Source: an uncultured delta proteobacterium (GTDB taxonomy: Bacteria > Desulfobacterota > Binatia > Binatales > Binataceae). Taken from it: 64,000 nucleotides of DNA. The notes under the pieces are model-generated. The model had not been told where the DNA came from and did not search any database. It was given only the letters and a program-made list of their open reading frames with translations. How positions within the stretch are numbered: the stretch's first letter is position 1; every line of letters begins with the position of its first letter. The stretch spans positions 1,088,001 to 1,152,000 of the forward strand of contig CAWJET010000002.1 of the NCBI GenBank assembly GCA_963842085.1. The letters are read 5' to 3'. Below are positions 1 to 10,198 of this stretch, piece after piece. A program made the translations under genes and the position numbers.

Positions 1-1
1 G

Positions 2-202
2 TTCGGCTACGGCCGCGATCATTTCGAGGTGTCGAAGGCGATTGGCACGCGCGTTTTGATTCCAGCAATCGACCAGGCGGCGCCCGACGCGATCATCGTC
101 GCGGACGGGTTCTCGTGCCGCTCGCAGATTCGCCATTTCTGTCCGTCGCGCCGCCCGATGCATCTGGCGGAAGTGCTGAACCTCGCGACCGGCGGTCAGT
201 AG
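2..202 (+). CDS. C-terminal fragment of FAD/Fe-S oxidoreductase (CCG-domain, GlcF-like), truncated by window edge
   Basis: Manual translation FGYGRDHFEVSKAIG...ADGFSCRSQIRH...HLAEVL, TAG at 200-202; GFSCRxQI/HLAEVL is the typical tail of this family. Confidence 0.8.
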   Translation, partial: FGYGRDHFEVSKAIGTRVLIPAIDQAAPDAIIVADGFSCRSQIRHFCPSRRPMHLAEVLNLATGGQ

Positions 203-253
203 GCGAAATGCCGGCGGCTGCGATAGTCTCGTCGGACCGAGGAGTTCACAGCG

Positions 254-1252
254 ATGCGACTTGGAATCACCATCCCGTTCGAACCATTCATCGGCACTCA
301 CTTCCCCGAGCTGGTGCGCACGGCAGACCGATGCGGCTACACCGACGCGTGGTCGTACGAGTCGTTCTCGACCGACGGGTTTGCGCCGATCGCGGCGGCG
401 GCGATGCTCTCCGACCGGATGCGCTTCGGATGCGCGATCATTCCCGTGTTCACGCGGCCGGCGCCGCTGATTGCGATGTCGGCGGTCACCGTCAACGAGC
501 TGGCGGGCGGGCGTTTTATCTTAGGCCTGGGAATCTCGACGCCGAATATCGTCGAGAATTGGATGGGCGTGCCGTTTCGCAAGCCGGTGACGCAGATGCG
601 CGAGACGGTCGAGGCGCTGCGCGCGATTTTTCGCGGCGAGAAGGTCACGATGGCGGGCGCGAAGGTCAAGATTAACGGCTTCCGGCTCGACGCGCCGATT
701 ACGCATCCGCCGAAAATCTATATCGGCGCGCAGGGCGCCAAGATGCTGCGGCTGGCGGGCGAGCTGGGCGACGGCGTGATCGTCAACTTCATCACGCCCG
801 AGACGGTTGCGCCGATGCTCGACAACACGCGCGAAGGAATGCGCGCGACCGGCAAGGATCCCGCGGGGCTGGACGTAGTGTGCAGAATAATCTGCGCGGT
901 GGACGAGGACGAGGACGTCGCGCGCACACTGTTCCGCCGGTCGCTGACGGCCTATGTGACGGTGCCGCAGTACAACAAGTTCTTTCGCGAAATAGGCTAC
1001 GACAGGGAAGCAACAACCGCGATCGACGCATGGAACGCGGGCGACCGTAAGAAAGCGCTCGAGACGATTCCCGACGAGATGGTCGAGAAGATTTTCGTAT
1101 TCGGCACGGCGGAGAAATGCCGGCGACGGCTGGACGATTACGCGCGCGCGGGAATCACGACCACCGCGCTGCAGTTCGCATCGTTCGCGAAGACGGCGGA
1201 TGAGCGGCGGGTGAAGATCCTGCGCTCGATCGAGCGGCTGGCGGCGGTGTGA
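254..1252 (+). CDS. LLM-class flavin (possibly F420)-dependent oxidoreductase
   Basis: 332 aa; GRFILGLG, IYIGAQGAKMLRLAGELGDG luciferase-like motifs; GGAG RBS. Confidence 0.9.
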   Translation: MRLGITIPFEPFIGTHFPELVRTADRCGYTDAWSYESFSTDGFAPIAAAAMLSDRMRFGCAIIPVFTRPAPLIAMSAVTVNELAGGRFILGLGISTPNIVENWMGVPFRKPVTQMRETVEALRAIFRGEKVTMAGAKVKINGFRLDAPITHPPKIYIGAQGAKMLRLAGELGDGVIVNFITPETVAPMLDNTREGMRATGKDPAGLDVVCRIICAVDEDEDVARTLFRRSLTAYVTVPQYNKFFREIGYDREATTAIDAWNAGDRKKALETIPDEMVEKIFVFGTAEKCRRRLDDYARAGITTTALQFASFAKTADERRVKILRSIERLAAV

Positions 1253-1290
1253 GCGGGGCCAAGGAAATTCACTTTATTTCGTGCTGTTAA

Positions 1291-1326
1291 TAGAAACGCG
1301 CCCCGCCGGGAGGGGACGGGGCGCGC
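1291..1326 (-). terminator. Probable intrinsic terminator between convergent genes
   Basis: GCGCCCCG...CGGGGCGC stem followed by TTTCTA on the minus strand. Confidence 0.5.
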
Positions 1327-1356
1327 TGGGTCGTCAGGACCGCATCGGATGCGGAG

Positions 1357-2007
1357 TTACCGGACGAATTGCTGAATCAGCGGCGCCAGCATCGAGGTGC
1401 CGCCGTAGGGCTGGCCGTAACCGCCGTTGTATCCACCGTAGTTGCTGTACGCGGGCGCTCCACCGAATCCACCCAATCCACCGAGTCCGCCGAACAGTCC
1501 GCCCGCGTAAGGCGTTCCGGCCGCACAGCCGCTGCGGAAAGCCCACTGATTCTGACGGAGCAGGTCATAGGCGGCCGCGGGATGGCCGGTGTTCCGGTCG
1601 CGATAGTAGGTGTTCATGACGCGCTGCGCGTTGGCGCAACCCCCCCCGCCGGCATAGCCGCCATAATAAGGGGTCGCTGCAGGATAGGCTGGAGCCGCAT
1701 ACACCGGAGCCGCATAAACAGGGGCCGCGGCGTAAACCGGAGCTGCGGCGTAGCCGGGATTGCCATAATTCTGGTAAGCGGCGGCGCTGCCAAATCCATG
1801 CTTCCAATTGCGACGATCAACGCGCCAGGCCGCAGCGTTGTTGTGCAGCTCGTGCTTGGTCACGACCGCCGGGGCATTGAAGGAACGTGATACGCGGGCC
1901 GCATGCGAATAGTCATAGCGGTTGCGATCCTTGGCAGCCGCTGTAATCGGCGTCGCCAGCATCGCGAGACCAATCAGGACCGCCATCAGATTGAGCTTGG
2001 ATTTCAT
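1357..2007 (-). CDS. Secreted low-complexity hypothetical protein (YAAAP repeats, Gly/Tyr-rich)
   Basis: Signal peptide MKSKLNLMAVLIGLAMLATPITAAA; repeated YAA(A)PV; GAGG RBS. Confidence 0.75.
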   Translation of the reverse strand: MKSKLNLMAVLIGLAMLATPITAAAKDRNRYDYSHAARVSRSFNAPAVVTKHELHNNAAAWRVDRRNWKHGFGSAAAYQNYGNPGYAAAPVYAAAPVYAAPVYAAPAYPAATPYYGGYAGGGGCANAQRVMNTYYRDRNTGHPAAAYDLLRQNQWAFRSGCAAGTPYAGGLFGGLGGLGGFGGAPAYSNYGGYNGGYGQPYGGTSMLAPLIQQFVR

Positions 2008-2251
2008 TGTTGGTTACCTCTACCTGAAGAGAGCATTAAGGATGCCATCGAACCGTTTCGGAAAATTTCCTGCAATGCACTTGGTGTTCACGCTTAGAGA
2101 TACGCAAGCGGCAACTTTTGGTTGCAGGAATTTGAAACTAAAAAAACGAAAAACGTCAACGGAGAGAACGGGTTAATGAATGTTCAGGCTTCGGCGGCCC
2201 GGAGATAAACAAACGCTCAGACGCGCCCAGTTAAAGGTGAAAACCCAAAGC

Positions 2252-2530
2252 TCAGACGAAGGTGCGGCGCGCAAGGTAGTACATGAGGGCGCCGACGATC
2301 GTGTAGGCGGCGATCCCCTCGAGCAGCGTCGCGCCACTGGTGACAACGACCAGGCCGACGACGAGGACAGTAGCGACGACGGCGACCACCTGCTCGATTC
2401 GCTTCTCGCGGGCACGGACCCGCGCGACATGCTGGGTGATATGCGCGCCGCAGTTGCGGCATACGCCGCCGCGCTTGACGACCAGGTCGGCGCCACAATC
2501 GGGGCATTCGATTTTCGTTCGTAGCGGCAT
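2252..2530 (-). CDS. Small Zn-ribbon membrane protein
   Basis: CPDCG...CRNCG followed by two hydrophobic helices. Confidence 0.65.
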   Translation of the reverse strand: MPLRTKIECPDCGADLVVKRGGVCRNCGAHITQHVARVRAREKRIEQVVAVVATVLVVGLVVVTSGATLLEGIAAYTIVGALMYYLARRTFV

Positions 2531-2741
2531 GAATGAAGGTTACGACAAAACGCTATGAGCTACGCGATTCGCTGGCAAGGGTCTCCTCGCCCTGCAACGG
2601 AAAGAACGAAGACGAGGGAGGGAAGCGCGGGCGCAGCAGAGAGCGCACAGCGGCGCGCGGGTCGAAGACCCGTTCGCCGCTGTGCGAATGCAAAGAGACG
2701 ACGGCCGCGGGACGCGGCCGTCGTCTCTGCTGGTGCTTGTG

Positions 2742-3365
2742 CTATGCGCGCGCTTTGCGCAGTTTGCGCGCTGACGCGCGCTTGGCGATGCGCACGCGCT
2801 CCGGGCGGCGCTTGACGCGCGCCGCCGCTTTGCCCGCGACCTTGGTCGCGGGCTTCTGAGTGGCGGCCGCGGTCGCGGCCGCTGCAGGCGGCGCGACGGC
2901 CGCAGCCGCAGGCTGCATCGCAGCCTCGGCTGCCGCCCGCTCGGCCTCGAGCACCAGCGCCGCGCGCCGGCGCGCGATCGCGTCCAGGCGCTTCTCCTTC
3001 CACTTGCGCAGGCCCATCCGCATGTACTCGGGATTGATATCGAGCATGTCGCAGACGTTGTCGAACGAGAAGACCCAGCGCTTGTCCTCGTGCGCGATCC
3101 ATTCGTCCGCATCGCGGAACAATCGCTGGCCTTTGCTGGTGGACGCATCGATGCATTTCATGAAGCATTCGATCGCGTCTTCCAGCACGCTCAGGATGAG
3201 CCGCTTTTCGCCCTCGAGCAGATGCTTCTTGCGCATCGCCTCGAAGTATTGAATGGGCAAAAGCGTGTCGGGCTCGAACAACCCCGGCAATCTCTCGTCC
3301 AGTGTTTCCTTTTCTTGCATCTTCTCTCCGTTGTCCGCCTTCAGTGTCGTGCTGTGTGCATCCAC
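2742..3365 (-). CDS. Hypothetical protein with Ala/Lys/Arg-rich C-terminal tail
   Basis: 207 aa, GGAGG RBS, globular core EKRLILSVLEDA...SFDNVCDMLDINPEY. Confidence 0.75.
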   Translation of the reverse strand: MDAHSTTLKADNGEKMQEKETLDERLPGLFEPDTLLPIQYFEAMRKKHLLEGEKRLILSVLEDAIECFMKCIDASTSKGQRLFRDADEWIAHEDKRWVFSFDNVCDMLDINPEYMRMGLRKWKEKRLDAIARRRAALVLEAERAAAEAAMQPAAAAVAPPAAAATAAATQKPATKVAGKAAARVKRRPERVRIAKRASARKLRKARA

Positions 3366-3407
3366 CGCCCCACCTCCCCGTAAATTTTGACGTAGCCGCG
3401 TCTACGC

Positions 3408-3632
3408 CTATTCAGAGTCGTCTTCGTTCTGTTCCTTGTATATTTCGTGCCATGCCATCTGAATGGCTTCCAATTTTGCTTCCGTTGAGCCTTCGCGACT
3501 ATCGTCGAATTCGTCGAGATCGATCACCCACTGGCGCAGGTCAGTGAAGCGCGCATCGAGCGGATCCAGTCCCGGATGATTTTCCGCCAGCACTTCTGCG
3601 ATTTCTTCGGCCTGATCCCACTTGAGTCCCAT
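3408..3632 (-). CDS. iscX: Fe-S cluster assembly protein IscX
   Basis: MGLKWD...RFTDLRQWVIDL...LEAIQMAW signature; follows hscA; start moved to ATG at 3632. Confidence 0.92.
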   Translation of the reverse strand: MGLKWDQAEEIAEVLAENHPGLDPLDARFTDLRQWVIDLDEFDDSREGSTEAKLEAIQMAWHEIYKEQNEDDSE

Positions 3633-3677
3633 TGCTAATGTACGTCCCTCAGCTGGCTCTCGTTGCAAATTTCCTTG

Positions 3678-5543
3678 CTAGGAAAGTTCCTCGACTGATT
3701 TCTTCTCGAGCGCCAGCTTGATAGCCGCGTCCATGATCCGTTCCGCGAACGGAGTGGTTACCTCGTTCAGCTCCTCGACGAGTTTTGCGATTAGATCTCG
3801 ATCGGTTCCCGTTCGGGCCGCCTCCAGCCGCTCCACCACCTCATCCATGCGCGCGCGCTCGCCGGCAGTTACCAGCCGGCCGAATTCGCCGAGCTGCTTT
3901 CGAAGTGCGCCCAAAATTTGCTCGGCGTCGTTGCGCGCCGAAATCAGCAGGCGCTCTTCGAGATCCTGCTCCCCAAGATCGATGGCCTCTTCGAGCATTC
4001 GCTCGATTTCATCGTCCGTCAGTCCGTAGCTCGGCTTGACGTCGACCGAGTGCTCGCGGCCCGTGCGCTCATCGCGCGCATTGACATTTAGTATCCCGTT
4101 TGCATCGATGAGGAAAGTGACCTCGATGCGCGGGACACCGGCAGGCTGGGCCTGAATCGGACCCAGCTTGAAGCGCGCTAAGCTACGGCAATCTTTAGCA
4201 AGCTCTCGCTCTCCTTGCAAAACATGGATATCAACATGTGTTTGATTATCCACAGCCGTGGTAAAGCCTTCAGCTATACTGGTCGGGATAGTGGTATTGC
4301 GATGTATAAGACGTTCCATCACGCCACCCATCGTCTCGATGCCCAGCGACAGCGGAACCACGTCGAGCAGGAGCATGTCGCCCTGCGTGCCCATTAGCAC
4401 AGAAGCCTGCACTGCGGCTCCTAAAGCGACCACCTGGTCGGGATTTATCGAGCACAGCGGTTCCCGGTGGAACGCCGCAGCGACGCGCTGGCGAACAATC
4501 GGCATCCGCGTCGCGCCACCGACGAGCACGACAGCGTCGATAGCGCCGGGCGTGAGCTTGGCGTCAGCGACGGCCAGTTCGCATCGCCTGATCGTGCGCG
4601 CGATGAACGGAGCGGCAATCTGCTCGAGTGCATCGCGCGTCAGGTGCTTGCGAATCGAATGGCCGGGGAGTTCGACGACGATATCGGTGTCGGCGACGTC
4701 GGTGAGGCGTTTCTTGGCGTCCTCGGCGGCCATGCGCGCGCTGTTCCAGACGTGGCGATCGAGCTTGAGCGAGTCGGGAATTTCGGCGAGCAGCCAGTCG
4801 ACGAGTGCGCGGTCGATATCGTCGCCCCCGAGATGAGTATCGCCGTTGGTCGCCAGCACCTCGAAGATTCCCTCCTTGATGCTGAGAATCGAGATGTCGA
4901 AAGTGCCGCCGCCGAAATCGAACACGGCGACGTTGCCGGTCGCCATCTTGTTAAGGCCGTAGGCGAGCGACGCGGCGGTCGGCTCGTTCACCAGGCGCAC
5001 GACTTCAAGACCGGCGAGGCGGCCGGCGTCCTTGGTGGCCTGGCGCTGGCCGTCGTTGAAGTAGGCGGGAACGGTGATGACGACGCGCTCGACTTTTTCA
5101 TCGCCAAGAGTGCGTTCGGCGCCGTCCTTGAGCGCGCGCAGAATCGCGGCGGAGATTTGCGGGGGCGTGAAGACGCGCTTGCCGATTTGAAAGCGCACTA
5201 CCGGGCCGCTCAGGTCGGCGAAGGTGTAGCGCACGCGATCTTCGGGCGCGATGTCGTCGCCGCCGAGTCCCATGTAGCGCTTGACGGAGCGGATCACGGC
5301 GCCGTATTCGCCGCCGGCAAAGCCGACTGCGCTCACGCGTCCGTCGCGCTCGACCGTCAGATGCGGTTCCATCGCGATTGCGCGGTTGCCGACGGTGACG
5401 GCGCCGTCAGGCGCAATCGCAACGACGCTCGGCAGCAGAGCGCTGCCGTTCTCGCCGACAGCAATCGCGCGCGGCGCGCTATTTTCCATAGCCGCGATCA
5501 GGCTGTTGGTGGTGCCGAGGTCTATGCCAAAAATTCGCGCCAT
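3678..5543 (-). CDS. hscA: Fe-S protein assembly chaperone HscA (Hsp70)
   Basis: [23 protein letters not shown] motifs; isc operon context. Confidence 0.93.
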   Translation of the reverse strand: MARIFGIDLGTTNSLIAAMENSAPRAIAVGENGSALLPSVVAIAPDGAVTVGNRAIAMEPHLTVERDGRVSAVGFAGGEYGAVIRSVKRYMGLGGDDIAPEDRVRYTFADLSGPVVRFQIGKRVFTPPQISAAILRALKDGAERTLGDEKVERVVITVPAYFNDGQRQATKDAGRLAGLEVVRLVNEPTAASLAYGLNKMATGNVAVFDFGGGTFDISILSIKEGIFEVLATNGDTHLGGDDIDRALVDWLLAEIPDSLKLDRHVWNSARMAAEDAKKRLTDVADTDIVVELPGHSIRKHLTRDALEQIAAPFIARTIRRCELAVADAKLTPGAIDAVVLVGGATRMPIVRQRVAAAFHREPLCSINPDQVVALGAAVQASVLMGTQGDMLLLDVVPLSLGIETMGGVMERLIHRNTTIPTSIAEGFTTAVDNQTHVDIHVLQGERELAKDCRSLARFKLGPIQAQPAGVPRIEVTFLIDANGILNVNARDERTGREHSVDVKPSYGLTDDEIERMLEEAIDLGEQDLEERLLISARNDAEQILGALRKQLGEFGRLVTAGERARMDEVVERLEAARTGTDRDLIAKLVEELNEVTTPFAERIMDAAIKLALEKKSVEELS

Positions 5544-5565
5544 TCTTTTCAGTATTAAGTCAGTC

Positions 5566-6204
5566 TCAAGCGGCCTTTGAGTTCTCGAGCGCGCGATCGA
5601 CGTCGCGAATCAAGGTGCGTAGGTATGCGATGTTGGAAAGGATCGTCTTTAGCTCAAATGTAAGCATCTTTTCGTCCGCACGCTGATCCCATTTGGCGAA
5701 ATTTCGGTCGAGCTCGGCCACGGCTTCATCCATCGTGAATTGAAGCTGGACGCGCCGCGCGGCGACCTGGGTGGCGAGTTCGTGCGCCGCTTCAGGGTCC
5801 GATGAAAGCTGCATCTCGGCGAGTTGCTCCTGCACTTCGAAGACCAGTTCGGCGACTTCGGGCGGGACCCGCTGGTTGTTCTCGGCGAGCTTTTCACCGT
5901 TCAGTTCGAGCCAGTAAAGACCGCGAGCTACGGGGTCGCGCAGCGTGCGGTAGCTGCGGGTCAACGCTGCGGTCGCGCGCAGACTCGCGTCGCGCAGGGC
6001 AACGCCTTTCGATGCGAAGCGGTCGGGATGAATCATCCGGCTCAATTCGTGATAGCGGCGCTCGAGCGCGTCGAGGTCGAGCGTGAGCTTGCGCGGGATG
6101 CCGAGCGCGGCGAAACAATCGAGCGGCGCCGCCAGCGGCGAGCCGCAGTCAGCGCAAATCAGCGACGGCGCTTGCCGCCGTCCACATGAAGGGCATTCGA
6201 TCAT
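5566..6204 (-). CDS. hscB: Co-chaperone HscB with N-terminal CxxC-CxxC domain
   Basis: J-domain HPDRF; [15 protein letters not shown] segment; context. Confidence 0.92.
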   Translation of the reverse strand: MIECPSCGRRQAPSLICADCGSPLAAPLDCFAALGIPRKLTLDLDALERRYHELSRMIHPDRFASKGVALRDASLRATAALTRSYRTLRDPVARGLYWLELNGEKLAENNQRVPPEVAELVFEVQEQLAEMQLSSDPEAAHELATQVAARRVQLQFTMDEAVAELDRNFAKWDQRADEKMLTFELKTILSNIAYLRTLIRDVDRALENSKAA

Positions 6205-6234
6205 CTTGAGACAGCCGTCCCCACGTCCACTCGT

Positions 6235-6558
6235 TCATACGACGAACGATTCTCCGCATCCGCAACTGCGCTTGGCGTTTGGATTGACGACCTTGAAGCC
6301 CGACGACATCAGTTCTTCGCCGTAGTCGAGCTCGGAGCCGTTGAGGTAGAGAAAACTTTTCTTGTCCACGATCAGGCGCGCGCCGTCGCGCTCGAAAACC
6401 TTGTCGCGCTCCTTGGCGGCGTCGATTTCCATCCGGTACTGCAAGCCCGAGCATCCGCCGCCCACGACCTTTACGCGCAGCCCTGTGCCTTCGCCCTTGT
6501 CGGCGACGAGCTGCTTGATCTTCTGGACGGCGCCCTCGGAAAGTGAAATCACAGCCAC
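6235..6558 (-). CDS. iscA: Fe-S cluster assembly A-type carrier IscA
   Basis: GGGCSG and CGCGESF motifs. Confidence 0.93.
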   Translation of the reverse strand: MAVISLSEGAVQKIKQLVADKGEGTGLRVKVVGGGCSGLQYRMEIDAAKERDKVFERDGARLIVDKKSFLYLNGSELDYGEELMSSGFKVVNPNAKRSCGCGESFVV

Positions 6559-6564
6559 GAGCAG

Positions 6565-6987
6565 TTACGCCTCCTTCGATTTAGCCGGCTCTTCGGCGGC
6601 GACATCGTCGCCCTTGCGCTTGCGCCAGTCGGTGATCGCGGCTTTGATCGCGTCCTCGGCCAGGACGGAGCAGTGAATCTTGACCGGCGGCAGGTTGAGT
6701 TCCTTGACGATGACGGTGTTCTTAATCGACATCGCCTCGTCGATATGCTTGCCCTTGACCAGCTCGGTCACGTAGCTCGAACTGGCGATCGCGCTGCCGC
6801 AGCCGAAGGTCTTGAAGCGCGCATCCTCGATCACACCGTTGTCGCTGATCTTGAGCTGCAGCTTCATCACGTCGCCGCATTCGGGCGCGCCGACGACGCC
6901 GGTGCCGACGCCGGGCTCGTCCTTGGCGAAGCTGCCGACGTTGCGCGGATTGTTGTAGTGCTCGATAACTTTATCTGAGTAAGCCAT
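6565..6987 (-). CDS. iscU: Fe-S cluster scaffold IscU
   Basis: MAYSDKVIEHYNNPRNVG, CGDVMKL, FGCGSAIAS, LPPVKIHC; start at ATG 6987. Confidence 0.97.
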   Translation of the reverse strand: MAYSDKVIEHYNNPRNVGSFAKDEPGVGTGVVGAPECGDVMKLQLKISDNGVIEDARFKTFGCGSAIASSSYVTELVKGKHIDEAMSIKNTVIVKELNLPPVKIHCSVLAEDAIKAAITDWRKRKGDDVAAEEPAKSKEA

Positions 6988-7031
6988 GATTTTTCCCTGA
7001 TGCGGCGCGTCGATACGGCGTTTTCGTTGTG

Positions 7032-8249
7032 CTACGACTTCCAATTGACCGACTTGAGATCGATTCCTTCCTTCGCCATCTCGTACAGCGGCGACATTTC
7101 GCGCAGCCGCTTCACTTCCTTGCTGACCCGTTCCGTCACGTAATCGACTTCCTCGAGCGTGTTGAAGCGGCCCAGGCCGAAACGAATCGAGCTGTGCGCG
7201 AGCTCGTCGTCGATTCCGAGCGCGCGAATCACATACGAGGGCTCGAGTGTGGCGGAAGTGCACGCGGAGCCGGAGCTGACCGCGATATCGTTGATGCCCA
7301 TCAGCAGCGACTCGCCTTCGACGTAGGCGAAGCTCACGTTGAGGTTGCCCGGGAGCCGCTCGGTCGGATGACCGTTGACGTAGATCTCGTCAAGGCGCTC
7401 GAACAGCCCCGCCTGTAGCTGACTGCGCAACTGGATCAAGCGCTGCGCTTCGTCCGGCATTTCCTTGCCCGCAATTTCGCACGCGGCGCCAAGGCCGACG
7501 ATGCCCGGCACGTTGAGCGTGCCGGAGCGCATCCCGCGCTCGTGCCCGCCGCCGTCCATCTGCGGAGTCAGGCGGACGCGCGGTCCCTTCGAGCGCACGT
7601 AGATCGCGCCGATTCCCTTGGGGCCGTAAATCTTGTGCGCGGTAATCGACGCGAGATCGATGCCGGCCTTTTCGACGTCGACCGGCACTTTGCCAATCGC
7701 CTGGACCGCGTCGCAATGGAAGACGATGCCCTTTTCCTTGGCGAGCTTGCCGATCTCGGCGATCGGATGGATCGTGCCAATCTCGTTGTTGGCCCACATG
7801 ATCGTGATCAGCACGGTCTTGTCGGTGATCGCGCGGCGCACCGCGTCTGGATCCACCATCCCGTACTTGTCGACCGGCAGGTACGTGACCGAGGCCTTGC
7901 CCGCCCGCTCCAGCGCACGGCAACTGTCGAGCACGGCCTTGTGCTCGGTGACGCAAGTGATGATGTGGTTGCCCTTATCTTTGTAGAACTCGACCACGCC
8001 CTTGATTGCCAGGTTGTCGGACTCGGTGGCGCCGCTGGTGAAAATGATTTCCTTGGACTTGGCGCCGATAAGCGCGGCGATCTGATTGCGCGAGCGATCG
8101 ACGGCCTCTTCCGCCTCCCAGCCGAAGCTATGGTTGCGGCTGGCGGCGTTGCCGAACTTCTCGGTGAAATACGGCAGCATCGCATCCAGCACGCGCGAAT
8201 CGACGCGCGTGGTCGCATGATTATCCATGTAAACGGGCTTCTTCAGCAT
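7032..8249 (-). CDS. iscS: Cysteine desulfurase IscS
   Basis: [24 protein letters not shown]; start at MLKKPVY (8249). Confidence 0.97.
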   Translation of the reverse strand: MLKKPVYMDNHATTRVDSRVLDAMLPYFTEKFGNAASRNHSFGWEAEEAVDRSRNQIAALIGAKSKEIIFTSGATESDNLAIKGVVEFYKDKGNHIITCVTEHKAVLDSCRALERAGKASVTYLPVDKYGMVDPDAVRRAITDKTVLITIMWANNEIGTIHPIAEIGKLAKEKGIVFHCDAVQAIGKVPVDVEKAGIDLASITAHKIYGPKGIGAIYVRSKGPRVRLTPQMDGGGHERGMRSGTLNVPGIVGLGAACEIAGKEMPDEAQRLIQLRSQLQAGLFERLDEIYVNGHPTERLPGNLNVSFAYVEGESLLMGINDIAVSSGSACTSATLEPSYVIRALGIDDELAHSSIRFGLGRFNTLEEVDYVTERVSKEVKRLREMSPLYEMAKEGIDLKSVNWKS

Positions 8250-8322
8250 CTCAGTCTCTCGGTCTCTCTCGGTTTGTTCCGTCGAAAACGATCTAATCGT
8301 TAATAGTGGACCTTGTAGGTAT

Positions 8323-8350
8323 ATTATAGGCGCTTCGGCTACATAGTCAA
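8323..8350 (-). promoter_or_regulatory. Sigma70 promoter of isc operon
   Basis: Minus strand TTGACT-16 nt-TATAAT about 75 nt upstream of iscS. Confidence 0.75.
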
Positions 8351-8382
8351 ACAGAATCGCGCCCAGATCGGTCGCCACCGGA

Positions 8383-8407
8383 ATACTGGACCCAATCAGT
8401 CTAGTAA
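8383..8407. promoter_or_regulatory. IscR type-1-like operator (second weaker copy at 8303-8327)
   Basis: ATACTGGACCCAATCAGTCTAGTAA resembles the IscR type-1 motif ATASYYGACTRWWWYAGTCRRSTAT; upstream of iscS. Confidence 0.65.
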
Positions 8408-8474
8408 GGCGATTGCGCCCGTTTGTCAAGGACAATATCCGGCTTACCGAGCGGTCAAAACCGCAGCAATCGAG

Positions 8475-8711
8475 CTACTTCGGGCGCGGTTTCAGGTCCA
8501 TCCGGCGTTCGTCGCGCCAATCGCTGAAGCCCAAGCGATGCCACGCCGTCGCGCCCACCCAGTTGCGATGCAGCACGCTCAACGTGACGACCGTAATGCC
8601 CGCATCGCGGAACCATTCGTAGGCCTCCGCGAGCATCGGCTTCATTAGGCCGCGTCCTCGGAAGCCCTCCTCCATAAAAGCCTGGCTGATGTAGCCGATG
8701 GACGGCTGCAA
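8475..8711 (-). pseudogene. 5'-truncated GNAT acetyltransferase remnant
   Basis: Only the C-terminal half (FRGRGLMK acetyl-CoA motif, N..A..W..LGF); no RBS; REP-like pair just upstream. Confidence 0.55.
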
Positions 8712-8751
8712 TGCGCCGTCGGAATTGCAGCCTGCGGGCGCATGCGAATCC

Positions 8752-8840
8752 GGGATTCTTCGCTACAGCAGCTTTCGCTCAGAATGACATCAAAAAATGA
8801 ACGGCCGCACGTGTCATTCTGAGCAAAGCGAAGAATCCCG
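8752..8840. repeat. Inverted pair of TGTCAT-type REP-like elements
   Basis: gggattcttcgct...ttcgctcagaatgaca and tgtcattctgagcaaagcgaagaatccc are reverse complements. Confidence 0.7.
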
Positions 8841-8897
8841 GATCTTTTTCGACGTTCGCCGGAGCTACCTCAAGCAGAGGATCGAGCGCATGGCCGG

Positions 8898-9203
8898 CTA
8901 CGCGAAGGGGCCGGGATGCGTTGCGTCGAACGAGATTTCGAGCAGGCGGTGCTCGGTGCGGATCGACTTTAGTGCGGCTTCGCGGGTTTGCTCGAATTCG
9001 CGCTCCAGCCATGGCGCGATTTGCTCGATCAGTCTTTCAGGAGAGCCAGCAGCGCCGAGCAGCGCGTTTGCGATGCGGCATCGGAGCGCGACTTTCTCGA
9101 TTCCATCGGCGCGCTCGAGGCTAAGCGTCAGTACGACCGCGTCGGCTGTACGCTCCATCGGTCGAGCGTTCACGAGCGCGTAGATGCCGCGGGCGGTTTT
9201 CAA
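8898..9203 (-). CDS. Hypothetical protein
   Basis: 101 aa ORF 6 nt downstream of secF, protein-like composition. Confidence 0.6.
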   Translation of the reverse strand: MKTARGIYALVNARPMERTADAVVLTLSLERADGIEKVALRCRIANALLGAAGSPERLIEQIAPWLEREFEQTREAALKSIRTEHRLLEISFDATHPGPFA

Positions 9204-9209
9204 TGAAGA

Positions 9210-10157
9210 TCAGGCGGCGCGCGAGGAACCTGTGCCCTTCTGTGTGCGGCCGGATTTGCTTTCCCAGAACAGCACCACCGGGCCTGAGATATAGATCGAG
9301 GAATAGGTGCCCGTGATGAAACCGATCAGCAGCGTGAACGCTGACGGGCGTAGAATCGGGCCACCGAACGCAAGCAGCGAGATCAGCACGGTGATTGCGG
9401 TGCCCGAAGTCAGGATCGTGCGCGAGAGAGTCTCGTTGATCGCGCGATTCATGATCGACGCGATCGGCTCGCGCCGGCGCTTGGCTGAATCCTCGCGGAT
9501 ACGATCCGACACGATGATGGTGTCATGGACCGAGTAGCCGATGACCGTCAGCACCGCGGCGAGCGTGGTCAGATCGAACTGGTACTGGCTGATCACCAGC
9601 GCGCAGATCACGACCAGCACGTCGTGGACGAGTGCGATCACGGCGCCCGCGCCGAAGCTCCAGCTCACGTGGCGGAACTGGATGGCGATGTACACGCCCA
9701 TAAAGATGGTGGCGATGATGACGGCGAAGAAGCCCTTGCGGCGGAGATCGCTGCCGACCTTGGCGCCGACACTCTCGACTCGCACCACCTTGGCGACGCC
9801 GGGCCCGTAGGCCTTGTCCAGCGCTCCCTCGAGTTTAGGCCCGATGCTGCCGATGCTCTTGACGGCCTCAAAGCGCGCGAGGAAGGACTGGCCGGACTTG
9901 CCGAAGTCCTGGACGGTGACCTCGCCGAGGTCGAGCGGGGCGAGCGCCTTGCGAATCGCGTCGCCGTTGGTGACGGTGGCGGCGCTGAACTCGATTTGCG
10001 CGACGCTGCCGCCGGCGAAGTCGACGCCGTAGTTAAGGCCGCGGGTGAAGAGCAGCACGATCGCCGCAATATTGATCACGGTCGAGAGCGCGACGAAAAA
10101 ATAGCGCTTCCCGACGAAATCGAGATTGATGTCGGGACGGATGAGCTGTAAAGACAT
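9210..10157 (-). CDS. secF: Protein translocase subunit SecF
   Basis: GLNYGVDFAGG, HDVL, GYSVHDTIIVSDRIRE, TLSRTILTS, GTYSSIYI. Confidence 0.95.
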   Translation of the reverse strand: MSLQLIRPDINLDFVGKRYFFVALSTVINIAAIVLLFTRGLNYGVDFAGGSVAQIEFSAATVTNGDAIRKALAPLDLGEVTVQDFGKSGQSFLARFEAVKSIGSIGPKLEGALDKAYGPGVAKVVRVESVGAKVGSDLRRKGFFAVIIATIFMGVYIAIQFRHVSWSFGAGAVIALVHDVLVVICALVISQYQFDLTTLAAVLTVIGYSVHDTIIVSDRIREDSAKRRREPIASIMNRAINETLSRTILTSGTAITVLISLLAFGGPILRPSAFTLLIGFITGTYSSIYISGPVVLFWESKSGRTQKGTGSSRAA

Positions 10158-10198
10158 CGGCCCTGTTTAGCTTTTCGCTGTCATGCGCACAAGTACGG

